A stretch of 64,000 bases of DNA from Podarcis tiliguerta. Lineage: Eukaryota. The DNA lies in assembly GCA_965153285.1 (NCBI GenBank), contig OZ229110.1; one strand, given 5' to 3'. Positions 33,621-47,589 of this stretch are shown piece after piece. The position numbers and the translations under genes are program-made. Below the pieces are notes generated by a model. That model was not told the origin of the DNA, did no database searches, and saw only the letters and a list, made by a program, of their open reading frames with translations. Positions within the stretch are counted from its first letter, which is position 1. Every line of letters starts with the position of its first letter.

Positions 33621-36600
33621 TAAGTAAAGGGACATTCTTTATCTCAGTGAGGCCTTCCCCTCTGGCATGCAGCTGCCCCTGGTACTGATTGATGATTGAT
33701 TGATTGATTGATTGATTTGCAAGAGTTGAAGATGTACATGGGTTTGATTTAGCCCAGCCAGCTCTAAATGAATACTAACATTGCTGTTCTGTTAACAAGT
33801 GAGATGCATGTATATTCATGTTTTAGCTCTGGGGCGCCAACCTTCTTCAGGTCTATGAGTCATTTGGATGTTTGAGTAGGCAGAGAGAAAACATCCACAC
33901 CCATTCACTTTTCCAGAGACCTGTGTAAAACTCAGAGCCTCTAGAATTATCTGAACTTTGCACCTAGGACTGAAAGAAGAATTGGGAAAGTGGGCTATTC
34001 TTCCAACTTCTTCCTTCAGCTCTGCATAGTTTTCCAGGGAGAAAAAGGTTATCATCCTCACTACCCCTAGATCATGAACTGATGAAGGGAAGGACAGGAG
34101 TGAGACGAACAAAGGAAAAGTTACAAATGTTCCTAATACTGTTGTGCATTTTAAAAGGGATGTACCCGGACAGCCTCAAGGGGGTGAGGCTCTAACGGTG
34201 GTTTGCTTTCTGTTGACAATCTTGATATTCTTGCATGCCTGCAATTAACATAGCTAGGCTCAGAGATGGCCTGGGATGTGATTTGCCACAACAGAGCTCC
34301 CACTTCCTAGTGTGAAGCTCCAGGTTCAAAACACTGTGTGCTCATTTGAATCTGAGCCACTATAAGAAGCCTACCTGCTTTCAGCTGCCATTTCCAAAAT
34401 GAAGACGTCCCAACACTTCAGGGTGTCTTTAAATTCTAATTCTACATGCACATACCTAGCTTTAATGTTTGGCTGTTTGGTTGTTAACTTTGAAGCTCTC
34501 CTTTCCACCAAATGGTGCTCGAAATTACCTAGCAGCAATAAAACACAAATTAACAATCCAAACTGTACAAATGAGGCAGGTAACATGCATAAATAAAATC
34601 AATAACACTGATCACCAGAGGGTAGGAAATGTGGTATATTAGTAGCACCCGGAAAAGCTTGGTCCATAGCAATTTTTAAAGCGTGGGGATAGCAACTTGC
34701 CTGCTTGCTATCATCCTGGAGTACAGTTTATTGGGTGAAAGCTATTCAGTATTTCACAGAAACAATATTATCTGTTATCAATCCACATGCACAAAATACA
34801 AAATCCAGGGCTTCTCAAATAAGTACATGGCAGCTGAAACAGTAGGCTTTTGCTCAAGTTCTCAGTATTGTTGCCATTGCATAATCTGTGTACCAACTCA
34901 CTGCAGAGTCTAACCTCAGGAAATAATTAAAACATCTCAGCATGGTGCATTGAAAGCATATTGATCTTTCTGGGATTTTTTTTTCCTCTGACAGCTTCAG
35001 GCTGCCTTGATTCTTATTATTTTTTAAGAGAGCCCCCACACCACATTAAGAATCGAACAGTTGCAATTCCCCGCATTAGGCTCTGGGAATGTCCTGAAGC
35101 CAGTCAAAGTAAGTCTGTGCTCCTTAGCAATGTGTTCCTTAGGAAATAATCATCAAATCACCTGAGGGAGCGAAAAATGGAAGTGGCACAATGCACCAGG
35201 TATTGTCAGACACTGACATCATTTCTGATTTTTTTAAAAAATAACAGGAGGTTGAGATAGCATATATTCTGACTGGGGAATCCATCTGAAGTAATGGTGC
35301 CACAGACCTCTGTGGTCAGAAACACTTTAATGTGAGCAGATGCTTTTAGCGCTGTGGCAACAGTTCTCTGGAATTCTCATCCCTTTGAAGCAAGCCCCAT
35401 ATCTATCAACAGGGACATCCAACTGTTGCCCCTGGTTTCCACTGCTCTTTGACCTCTCCCTGGAGCCATTAGCTATCACTTTGCGTTCTAACCCCAATAT
35501 AAAGGAGTTCTGGAGAGAGGCGGAAGAGCATCTTTTAAACTTTTAGACAACATGATCTGCATGGTAAGCAACCCACAAGAGGGTCTGCCTAGTTCAAGGG
35601 AGCTACTTCAAGCCGAACAGATGGCAGGTCTTCCTATTAGCCTTCACAAATCCCGAAACATGTATTTTAATGTAGCCCCAGGTATGCAATCAAAGCTAAA
35701 CAAAGCAGCCAATATTCCAAACGGCAATAAATTTTACAAGTTCAAATTCCACAAAATATAAACAAGTTGTATACTGTAAATTATATTCCCAAAGACTGTT
35801 CTTGTTGTGGTTGTTTTAAATGACACTGGTAAATGGAACAGTTCCCAATTGTCTTTGTTAGGCCAAATTGTAGTAATACATTTTTTTTTGTATTTCTTTC
35901 AGATACTCCCCATACCCCTCCATCCTGGCATTCTTAAAAATCTAATTTATAATTTTGTATTCCAAAAAAGAACCCTGGATTAGCATTGAAAAACTAGTGT
36001 TATAGGCCAGATGGAAGGGGATGGAGCTTTCATATCTGTTGTGATATTAAGACACATTTCAAACACGACAGCTTTGTTTTATTATTAGGAAGGTTAATAA
36101 GAAATGAATTTCATTAGAATAGGGTAGGTTACAAGAAAAAGATGTATGGGTCTTGCCATTTCTTAATCTAACTCCTTCTGCATTACAATCTATACACTGA
36201 GGATATGGGGGGAAATGGCAGCACCATCTTTCTCCAGTTTGTTCACCGCTCATGTCACAAACTACCACCCACAGATCGGGGATATGAGCTTGCAGTGTAT
36301 CATTTTATATTGGGAGAACTTATTCAGGTTATGAAACTTTTATAACAATGATGCTTCAATTTCTACTGAACATGTCAGACTAGTTGTAGGAGACGCAGGC
36401 CTTAATTAGCTGCATATCTGTCAATTTCAACATTTATTGGCTAATTCTGTCTTTAAGGCATACACTGCTAGACCCCTTACTAAAATGGAAGGATTTTTAA
36501 AAAATTTAATCTGGGTCATTGGGGCACAGTATTAGTATTTGTGCTTTAATTTTTAAGCAACAACAACAACTTTTTGTTATGTTTCTTTAGAAGGTCTTAA

Positions 36601-37439
36601 ACTTACCTGGGAGAAGAACTCATAACTGAAAATAGATGAATATAAGTGGAAAGACTTTTGGGGGTCTAAGCCCTATAAATCACCTCATTTTATGGAATGG
36701 AATATTCCTTAAAAGTTATATACAGGTAATACCATACAGCTTTGCAGCTTTCTGATAAGCTATCCCATACTATAGGATTGTTGTGGCAGCAGGGGGCAAT
36801 TTTCCCACTTAATGGTGGGAATGCTCTTTGGCATCCACATTTTGGGCTGATGATTCTGAAATTATTATTATTTTAATTAAATGCCCCATTTAAGCCTCCC
36901 CACAACTTGGTCCTTTGAACTTGTGTGGTGATTGAAAAAAATGTTTTCCACTGTAAAGAACATCTTACATGGATGCAGATTGCAGCAAGAACTTATTTGG
37001 CTCAGAAGTCAAAGATGCTTCAAGACTCTCGATGTGGTATAAGAATATGTGGACTCTGACTATTGCTGAGAAAATAACTCACATATTACATGTTTCTAAG
37101 AGTAGGGAAGACCCAGGACGTTCCTATACCATTTGGTGAGATTGCATTTCTTATGTGGCAAATTCAGATATACAAAGCTCTCTCCCCCCACCAAATTGCA
37201 AAATTTGGCTTTCACCGTGTGTTTTGCAGCTCGCATCCTTCCACAATATCTGTTCTCTACTTATTTGGAAAACATGGCTTCTGTACTGCTCTGCTCCAAC
37301 GTTTTGCAATTTTGGTTGTGCTTTGGTTGTTTTTCATAAATAAAAACTTTTTTTTTTTAAGAAAGAAACCAGTGGGTTTTAAAATCTCGATGCTTTAGGC
37401 GTGAAAGTGCTTTCAGGCTTCGTTTGGAATTTCTGCATA

Positions 37440-38144
37440 GATGGAAAGCCACCGAGGTCATTTAAAGTGAATGCTGGAGGATCATGAGGAAGAGGTCATC
37501 ACAGCAGGCGACCTCTCTTTGCCGCCGCAAGCCCCCTTCTTCTCCAGTAAGGGCGGAATAAAATTTGATGCAAGGGGATGAAGGGGGAGGAGACGAGGAG
37601 CTCGCTGATTTGAATAAAAGACGGCGGTCGGAGGGGGGCGAGGGTCTGCTTCTGCGGCTCACTTTGCAAGGCAGAGCCAGTGCGCGCGTTGCTTCAGCAC
37701 CACCAGGCGCGGACAGCTCCCCCGGGCTCCCTTGATCCAGCCTGGACGATGCTGCGGAGCAAAGGGACGAGCCCAGAGCCCAGGAAGGCTATTGAATCTT
37801 CTCTGAAACATCTAGCGGAAAGACAAGGGGGGCAGAGAGAGGAGCAGCCACCACACTGTTAAGAAACCGCGTCTTCGCAGCAGCTCCAGACTGATCTACA
37901 GAAGACACTTAACCACCTGCCGAAAAGCCACTTGTGGCTCTCCTTCTACTTCAAGGGGATTTAAAGTGTTGCTTCGCGGAGAAGCAAGAGCCAGCAGCCT
38001 AAAGGCAGGAGGAAAAGGTTTGGGAAATTTTCTTTTTTCTTTTTATAACTTATTTTCCCCTAGCGTGACTCTGTGCGGAAAAATCTCAGCCCTGAGCTTA
38101 GACTGAGGATCGAGATAAGTGTCCGGGATTCATTAAAGCGGCAA
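37440..38144 (+). promoter_or_regulatory. CpG-rich promoter and putative non-coding exon 1 of the PrRP receptor gene
   Basis: Isolated CpG-rich patch with TATA-like AATAAAA (37613), a bipartite RE1 (37693-37720) and donor AA|GTGAGT at 38144/38145. The receptor ORF has an acceptor at 50867 and so needs an upstream exon. Confidence 0.55.
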
Positions 38145-40375
38145 GTGAGTGGTGAGCAACGCGGCAGGGCTGGGTGTGTGTGAGACTATCGCTGAAGACC
38201 ACAGAAGTTCAGAGAGCAAACAAATGTGAGTGCCCTGAATTCTCCCGGGGCTCTCTGGGGCATTTAGCTATTCTCTCTTCGTTCTTTCAAGTTGCCTGTT
38301 TCAAGTTCCTTGGAGTCACCTATTGGGGGGGGGGGCAGGGGAGAGGAGTTCAAACACTGAAAGATCACACATCTCTCTCTCCCGAAATCCCTCAATAGTA
38401 ACAATAACAATAATAGATGATAATTATTAATTGTGCTCACGTCACATGCCTTATCTAGTTGTAATCTCCTATAGGGTAGGTCAGTATTCTCCATATTGCA
38501 GACTGAGACGTTTCTGGGTTAAAGAGTAGGTTGCCTAAGGCCACCTGCTGAGTTAATGGCAGAGGTGAAATCTGAATCATGGACTGTCAGATCTGTAGTG
38601 AAATAATGGATTTTGTGGGTGGGAATTGCCAAGCATCTTATTAGAACAGAAGCAAATTGCCCTGTTCTCACCACTGGTTTGTCAATATTATTATTCCCCA
38701 TACTGTCGTTGTTTTTGTGGGGGGGGGGGTGATGAGGCTGGTGAGTGTGTGGCTTGACTACAGCCACCTAGTGAGTTCACGGATTAGAGTCTGGCACCTC
38801 TTGAATGTAGCTAAAGACACACACCACCCTTTTAAATGAGGTGCCAGAATACACCATGAACACCTTCCTTGTTCTCTTAAGAGTGTCAATGGAAGCCACC
38901 TGAGAGGTGCCAGAACTGAGTTCCAGTGAGTTCTGGCTGAAAAAAAAGCCCTGCATATATGTGTGCTTTGAGTGTGCTTTAAAGGTATGGCGTGTATATG
39001 CAGCCTCAGCCTCTGAGCCACTGCCCCACTTGTTTTTGTACAAGCTACTATGCTACACCAGCATGAAGTATTTTGAATCCTCCAAGCAGTGGCATAGTGG
39101 AGGGGGGGCAGGGGGCCGTTGCCCTGGGTGCACAGAACCAGGCGCCCCCTATGGAGATCCCTATTGCATGCCCTCTGTGCCAAGTGCGAGGGCTGGGGAG
39201 TGGAGGGTGAAGAGCTGCATCACACCTCACACTTTCCCTCCACAGAAAACACCACCATGCAGGAGGAAAGTGCCTATTGTCTTGTTGTGTCTTGCTACTA
39301 AGCAGCTGTGTCTTGCATGCTAAGCAGCTGGAATTGGCCAAACCTCATGTGGGTTACCTGCTTTCTCTTATAGCTGAAGTGCTTTCTCTGTAGAAAAAGT
39401 GCCCTGGGAAAAGTCGTGATGTTAATTAACATTCTACAGATCCTGATAGGTTTTGTGCCCTCTTTTGTCATGCTGCTGGCACACTACCTTTGGAAATGAG
39501 AAGGGCAATTACCCAGCAGCTTTCTATCATCAGGTGACAAAGAGTGTGTGTGAATGACATGAGGCTGACTTAGGTCTCCCTAGCAGTGAATCAGAAGGGA
39601 AAGAGATAAGCTCCAATCCAGGATCTATTAACAGACAGCACAATCTTTATTGCAAGTGCCCTTGAAATGGATCAAGCAACGTGGTAAGAATACAAAGTTG
39701 GTTTTACTGATGGAAGGCTGAGTGAACTCTGCCTTGGTTATATGTAAGTAAAATGTTTACAGGTTGCTGTGCACACCACCTGGAAGAGAATCCTGATGAA
39801 CCAGGCTGGGAAGCAGAAACGAGGTGATTTGTTGGCAAATCATCGTTTTTTTTTCTTTTCTGCAATCACACCCACCTGCAATCTGAGGGGGTTTAAAATC
39901 AGGGCAAAACACTATTTTATCACATTTATGTTTATTTATCTATTACGTTTATATCCAACCTTTCCTGCCAAAGGAGCCCAAGGCAACATTGGTGTCATGG
40001 TTGAAGCATTCATCTTAGTCAGTACCTTAAGAGGATTTGTGTCGTTTGGTTAGATTCCTGCAGACGCAAGAGTAATCCTTGCATTTATGTCCATGCAAGC
40101 AACTTCAACTGTGAGCAAATAATTAATGGAACTCAGGGCCACTTTGATAGTCGCACAATTCCTGCACAGAAAGTACTTCCAAGTAGGAATAACTATGAAA
40201 CATATCTGTAGATATTAGCATGTGATAGTCCTATCTTGGTATATAGATACAGATTGTTTGTCTGCTATGCAGCTATGACTTCCAATACATGCACACTTTT
40301 AAAGCCCTTATTACATGTCGGATTATAGTGCATGTGCAGTTTGGGTGTTAGTTCCTGTGTTCAGTATCTTCCATG

Positions 40376-40840
40376 CAGTGCCAGATTTATGTATAAGCTA
40401 AACAAGCTATAGCTTAGGGCCCCATTCTCTTGGGGGCTCCCAAAAAGAATTAAAGGAAAAAACACCTGGATGTACATTTCCAAAATATAAGATAAAAAAC
40501 AAATAAAATAAAACCTACATACAACAATAGTGTTTTGTGTTGTGTAGGCTCCTGTGATGTAAGTAATGGGCCCCGCCTGCTAGCCTGCTCCCTAAAATAT
40601 CACTGGTTTGCTCATTTCTATATATAGGGTGCCTGCATAAAATATGTATTTTATGACAATATATATATTTTGTTATGTGCAAATGGCTTTAGAGACCTAT
40701 TAAGTTCATAAATTACCATATAGCATATATTCAACACAGAAAACAGCGACAATTTGTTGTTGACAAAGGACAGCTGGACATATAAAGGGCCCCATTACCT
40801 TCAGTAGCTTAGGGCCTCATCAAACCTAAATCCGGCCCTG
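40376..40840. mobile_element. Non-autonomous hAT element
   Basis: TIRs CAGTGCCAGATTTA / TAAATCCGGCCCTG; perfect 8-bp TSD CTTCCATG. Confidence 0.85.
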
Positions 40841-41992
40841 CTTCCATGCATAAGTTGAATATAACACATGAAGCAAATCTGCTTTGGCAGCTGCTTTGAT
40901 TCCTTGTGCATTTTGCAGCACACAGGACAACAGAAGTAATAGCAACACACATTTTATTGATCCTACGTAAGCAGATACCAGGACAACTCCCTGCAAAAAC
41001 CCATTCCCATTCAAACACAGGAGCTAACACACTCATGTTTCTGCTTGACTGAGGGAAGGAAAAGAAATGAGCTAAACTGCTTACAAGAGGAGGCATGCTC
41101 CTTATAGTGTTTTCACACCAGATATCCAAAAGCATCTCACATTGATGTACTGATTGTTGCTGATGTGGAATGTGAGAACATCACCGATGCCGGAAGGAAC
41201 ATGGAAGTAAAACTGCACATTTGAGCCAGTAGAGATGTTAGATTGGGTTTTGCTTACATTAGCATGTGGTCAACACAAATGTAGGACTTACCCATGGAAA
41301 ATACAGTCCCAAGCATTCTTTCTAGAAAGTAAGTCCTATTGAACTCAGCAGGAGCTTCTTCTGAGTGAACATGCTTAGGATTGCACTGTAAACTCTTGTC
41401 ATCCTCATTCAGTCAACCTGCTCAGAATTCACTACTGAACAGGACCAGTCTGGATGTAGGAAACAGCAAAGAATGCTAAGAAAATGTATTGCAGTGAAGA
41501 AAACAAAGGTTTGATTTCTTGCTCACATGCATGGAAAATCTCTTCCTCCCACAACATGTGTGCATATTGGCCATGCTCATGCTCTTCCCTCATAGAAGTC
41601 CTCCCCACATTTCACCAATCCCTCATCCTTTATTGGAACTGTTTCCATGTGGAATTCCTTCCATAAGCCCCTCTTACAATCAGACCCTCTTCTGCTTCAC
41701 TTTGCAGAATTGGTCTGATCCCCTTCCAGTGTTGCATTCACCACCCCCAGGAGCAGAGTGCTGGCATCAGGAGTAGGATGGGGGGAAGATTTGGAAGGAG
41801 CCGACAAGCAGATCTATAATGGGATTCATGCTATCCCTGGCTATGTAAAGAAGCCACTGCTTATTAGAGTGCCTATTAAAAACCATTCACACATTTCCAA
41901 TTTCCCCCCAGATGGAAAACATCAGCATAATGCATAATTCATTGGCATAGACTGGGAGTTTTCTTCCTCTGCAAAGCTTTGGATGGTGAATA

Positions 41993-42358
41993 GGTAAAGG
42001 TAAAGGTACCCCTGCCCGTACGGGCCAGTCGTGTCCGACTCTAGGGTTGTGCGCCCATCTCACTTAAGAGGCCGGGGGCCAGCGCTGTCCGGAGACACTT
42101 CCGGGTCACGTGGCCAGCGTGACGAAGCTCCTCTGGCAAGCCAGCACCAGCGCAGCACACGGAAACGCCATTTACCTTCCCGCTATAAAGCGGTACCTAT
42201 TTATCTACTTGCACTTAAGAGTGCTTTCGAACTGCTAGGTGGGCAGGAGCTGGGACCGAATGACGGGAGCTCACCCCGCCGCGGGGATTCGAACCGCCGA
42301 CCATACAATCGGCAAGTCCTAGGCACTGAGGTTTTACCCACAGCGCCACCCGCGTCCC
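41993..42358 (-). mobile_element. Full-length young Sauria SINE
   Basis: Perfect 15-bp TSD TTTGGATGGTGAATA; CpGs largely intact. Confidence 0.93.
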
Positions 42359-42657
42359 TTTGGATGGTGAATACAACTCACTATTCCCTGTGAAAAGAAT
42401 CAGTTCCCCAGTGCTTTTCTTTCAGTGGGCATTTTGCTCCTCCTTGTGGCAAGATATGGAATACTCCAAATTATCCATTGGCAGATCCTCAGCTTTGTTT
42501 CATATTGTACCTTCTTGGCAGAGAGCTACTAATCCGAGTTGTAGTCAGTCCCTGGAGTCCAGTCACACACAGAGAAATGATGCAAATGGATTTAGGATGA
42601 CAACCTCACTGCTGTTTTCTCCAGGCAATTTGTTTTTTCCTGTTTTGCTTACACCTA

Positions 42658-42930
42658 CCCGTTGCTCGGTCCTAGCTCCTGCCAACCTAGCAATTCGAAA
42701 GCATGTCAGAGTGCAAGTAGATAAATAGGTACCACTCCAGTGGGAAGATAAATGGTGTTTCCGTGCACTGCTCTGGTTTGCCAGAAGCGGCTTAGTCATG
42801 TTGGCCACATGACCCAAAAGCTGTCTGCGGACAAATGCCGGCTCCCTCGGCCCATAGAGCGAGATGAGCGCCGCAACCCCAGAGTCATCTACAACTGGAC
42901 CTAATGGTCAGGGGTACCTTTACCTTTACC
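42658..42930 (+). mobile_element. 5'-truncated Sauria SINE
   Basis: Sauria body and ACCTTT tail. Confidence 0.87.
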
Positions 42931-44399
42931 CACCAAAAAAGTATTCTGGCATTCATGATGCGGAATCTAAAACCTGAATTTTACAAGCTATTATTCAAAG
43001 AGTAACTAGTCACACAGGGATGGTGGTGTGTGTACTTGCTTTATTGATGGCTTTATTTACGCAATAATTCTCTCCCCCACCCCCATAAACGTACATGGTG
43101 GTTCTTCATTTGTGGTGCTAGACCCTTATTTTGGCTCTATAGGTGTTTCCGCTGTGAGGATTCTCATTCAGTTCGTAATATTTTGTTGGTGGGAAATGTT
43201 ATTCTCGAATCAACTGCTGTTGGGATTGCTGTGTCCCCTCCCCCTTTAATCCATTGGTTATGCTGAAGGATGTGCTTTCCAAATTCTCAGTGTGACACAT
43301 TAACAACAACAACAACAACAACAATTTATTATTTATACCCTGTCCATCTGGCTGGGTTTCCCCAGCCACTCTGGGCGGCTTCCAACCGAATATTAAAAAC
43401 AATACAGCATCAAACATTAAAAACTTCCCTAAACAGGCCTGCCTCCCAGATGGCTTGGAAGACAGTTTTTTGCTCAAGTAGGGGGAAAATGCTGCTGTCT
43501 GTGAGGAAAAGAACAAGATACCTTCCACCCATCCCCATTCCCCACACAGGAGCCAACCGCAGTGGCTGTCAGATCTTTCTTCAAAACTGGTAATGGGATA
43601 GTGTACTCCATCAAACCTGAAGGCAGTAGAGTAGTTTTGGGGTGTTGGGAAATAACTGGTGAATACCAATAAATCCTGAAGTCCTTTGTGTGTGAGAAAC
43701 TACTAAACAAAACAGCAGACTGCCTGAATTCCAAAAGTGTGGGGTTGACTCACTCTCTAGCCAAAAGAACCTCCAGCAGAGTTTAAAACTGAAATAAACG
43801 TTTGCAAAGCACGGGAAATATAGGCTGCTAGACCTTTAAATATCCCATTGTTAAGCACTCACAATGTGTTCCTCCACCTTTACCCCTCTGGTATTGAATA
43901 GACTATGCATTGTTCAATCTGGATAACCCTTGTGTGTCATGCAGGGCTTGACAGGTTTGGAGACTAAGCTGATCATCTGACTATGCCCTATTCAGGCATA
44001 TCCAACTCCCAACAGACTGTGATCTTCTCCCAACATAAAAAAACTGGCAGTGATCTACCCATTGTCATTGGAGGGGGGAGGAGCGTGCGTGGGGAGGGTG
44101 GATTGCCCAGAGTTGTTGAGCTTTTTGGGGGGAGAATTGCACAGAGGTTTTTTTTTTGCTTTTTCCCAGTAACCTTTTGTACATAAGGATCCCGCAATCT
44201 ACCAGGATCAGCCGGGGATCTACCTGTAGATCATGATGTACTGGTTGGACGTCCCTGCCCTGTCTGAATGAAAAGCAAATGCTGGGATTGGGCCCTGGTG
44301 GTGAGTGGGACAATTGCACAATGCTATCAGCCTTTGGATGCCACCACAGGTTCTTTTTTTTAATATTTTGAGCTTGTGACCATGTCTTTGATGAAGAGA

Positions 44400-45310
44400 A
44401 AACATGGACCACTTATAAACGCCATCTCCAACCCCTTGAAAGATTCCACCAACGGTGTCTCTGAAAAAAATTACACCTCACTTGGTAAGACAGGCGAACT
44501 AATGCCAGTGTACTGGAAGAAGCAAAGATCACCAAGCAATGATTCTTCAACATCAATTTTGTTGGATTGGTCATGTTGCTCGGATGCCTGATTATTGTCT
44601 TCCAAAGCAACTACTCTATTCCGAACTTAAAAATGAAACGCGTAATGCTGGTGGTCAACAAAAGAGGTTTAAAGACTCTCTCAAGGCAAATCCCAGAAAA
44701 TTGTATGCTTGTGAAACATGGACCACTTAAAAACGCCATCAGAATCACTGGGGACTACAATTTTTTTTACACATCACGTGGGAAGACAGGCGAACTAATG
44801 CCAGTGTACTGGAAGAAGCAAAGATCACCAGTATTGAAGCAATGATTTTAACACATCAACTTCGTTGGACTGGTCATGTTGTGCAGATGCCTGATTATTG
44901 TCTTCCAAAGCAACTACTCTATTCTGAACTTTAAAATGAAAAGCGTAATGCTGGTAGTCAACAAGAGAGGTTTAAAGACTCTCTCAAGGCAAAGCTAAAA
45001 AGATGTAGTATAAAGACTGGCAATTGGGAAACACTGGCCTGTGTGCGCTCCAATTGGAGAACAGCCTTTACCAAAGGTGTCACGAACTTTGAAGATGATC
45101 AGACACAGGACGAAAGGGAGAGACATGCTAAGAGGAAGGCACATTTGGCAAACCTTCACCAAGATCAACTCCTGCCTGGAAACCTATGTCTTCACTGTGG
45201 AAGAACGTGTGGCTCCAGAATTGGCCTCCTCAGTCACTTATCGACTCACTGTTAAGACCATGTTCATGGAAGACAATCTTACTCAGTTACGAGTGATCAT
45301 CAAGGAGGTG
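44400..45310 (+). mobile_element. RTE-clade LINE 3' fragment with an internal ~300-bp duplication
   Basis: Two successive copies of the ETWTT...KRFKDSLKA segment (44401-44700 and 44701-45014), then a C-terminal zinc-finger-like remnant. Confidence 0.85.
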
Positions 45311-46316
45311 GAAGCAATCCATATTCCTGGTTGTTGTTTTACTATACATAGAAACTGGATCTAAATTTAATTTACCCTCCAATTTCCATACAACAGCCAT
45401 TCTATAAGTATAGGTTGCAGATAAATCTTGCAGATAAATCTTCAATTTCAGCAGCTTATCTTAAGAGTATGGGCATTTTGCCAATTTCATAAGGATGATA
45501 ACTGCAAATTTTCTTGCAATCTCTGGTGAATGGAAGACAAAGAACACAATTTTTCATAGAAATGAAAAATGCTAGAAGATTTTCAGTGTCAAAACAACAA
45601 CTTCCTTTTTTTTCCAGGGAAGGGAAATAAAATCTAAACCACTCTGAAAAAGCACCAAGAGGTTTGAGAGAGAAAGAGAAGAGAGGAGTTGCCATCAATC
45701 AGAGTGTAATTGGATCTGAGGTTCAGCATAAGCCGCTTTCAATGTAACTGCTGTAAAATGAGGCAATTATAAAGCTGACAATTATAAAGTGGAGGATCTT
45801 ACCTACACCATATGATCATATCTGGTCTCCGGTACATCAGAGAAGCCGGCAGGGGAACATTGTAAAACCAGAGTGAGCTAGACCATGTGCACAGCTGGGT
45901 AACTTCACTGAATGAAGGGCCCAGGTGTCATTGGAGATAAGAGTGTCTACCTTTTCCAAGGATATTCCATCAGAGATGTTGTGGAAGTAGGAGATGAAAT
46001 ATCCATGTTATGTCCAAAAGCAACTGCCAGCTATAGAATGCAGCGGTGATGATAGAGCTGCACAGGGCATCTGTATCACTTACCTTGTAGTGGTCAAATA
46101 AGTTCAGTGGCTGGTATCCTCTCCTTCCTATGCAAAGGAGACATAGGCCTGTCTAATCACAGATGCTACTGGGGTTGGTGGTGTAGCGTGGTTTGCTGGT
46201 GCCCAGTAGGGGCATGTGCGTGTGCCAGGGGGGTGAGGCATGGGAGGTGAAAGGAGCCTGCCGTGCCAGCTCAGCCCTCACCGCTGATGCCTCCAGAATG
46301 GCACCAGCCGTGAGCT

Positions 46317-46391
46317 GCTTTGCGAGGCTGGGATCTGATCTGAACGATTCGCCGGGAGAACCGTTCAGATCAGATCTCAGCCTCGCAAAGC
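46317..46391. repeat. 34-bp-arm inverted repeat inside a GC-rich probable MITE
   Basis: Arms 46317-46350 and 46358-46391 differ at 2 of 34 positions; 7-nt loop. Confidence 0.85.
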
Positions 46392-47589
46392 GACACAGGG
46401 CTGACAGGGCGGCATGAGCAGCTCTCCCGAGAAAAATGTGCCTGGGGTCATCACCCCGCAGCCCCACCCCCATGCTGTACCCCCGACTGGGGTAATTTGT
46501 CATTCATGCAGGACACTTCCAAGCCGGCCAACAATGCAAGTGCTAGGAATCAGCCCCCTGCTTTCACCATCACTCCAAAGCACACCATTTGTGTATCCCC
46601 TTCCCTGTCCCTGGACCCTAACAATGAATGCTATCACCCCCAATTTCTATGTTACTGGTTGTGTGGTAGAGCACCAATCTTGAAGTGGTAAAACGTGCTA
46701 TGTGTGGAGAGACGGAGGGAGGGCAGCTTTATTTGTCCATGTGTGATTGTTTCTCAGACAAGATGTAAATGGAAATTACAACACAATCTCAAAATGCACT
46801 GGTTTTTATTTGCAGTTTAAAATTGAATATAGTGAAAGAGACATTTAAAGCTGGCTGTGAATATTGTCCCCCTATTGAAATATCTTCCCTCCCGAGTTGA
46901 AAACTGAAATGATGCCCCTGAAGATTGCTCTGGTTATGCCAACTACTGATCTGGTTTGTTTTGAACCAAGAGCTGCTCCTAACTAGAGATTATTAGATAG
47001 TCCTTCTGCAGGATAAAACTCTGTCAGGATAAGCTGGTTTACATTTCTTCCTGGTTTTTGACCTCAAGCCTTTGTACAATTTATATCCTGCTAATTGCCA
47101 AATCCAATTAACACCAAAATGAAAAGGTGCCAGAGCTCCAAAGGTGAGGCCATACAATCTGTCACCTATTTCTACACAGCAAGCTACCCTAGATCATTAT
47201 GGATGGAGCCCCTACTGAGTAAAGACATACATAAAAACATGTATTGAATAATGTTATAAAAGGAGAAATCATACTGAAGACAGAAGTGGCCAACTGAGCG
47301 AATGATAGATCTCTTGATGTACTTTGCAGAGCTTCAGAAGAACTTTGCAGAACTTTGGGTTCAGTCCCTGGAAACTCCAGGTGGAGCAAGGAAATACTCT
47401 TGTTTGAGACATCAGAAGGTCTGGGTAGACAATGCTGAAGTAGAGGAACCAATGGGCTGACTCAGTGGAAGGCAGGTGAATGCCTTATGTTCCCAACTGA
47501 TAGTAATATTTTAAAAGAGTATCAACAGGAACGTATTATTCACAAGGTGTGGGAAACTGTGGATAAATAACCCCCTTCCCTTATAGTTC

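Noticed and set aside
39136-39156. CTCF-like GCGCCCCCTATGG
   Set aside because: Partial match within a probable MITE remnant; too weak to call.
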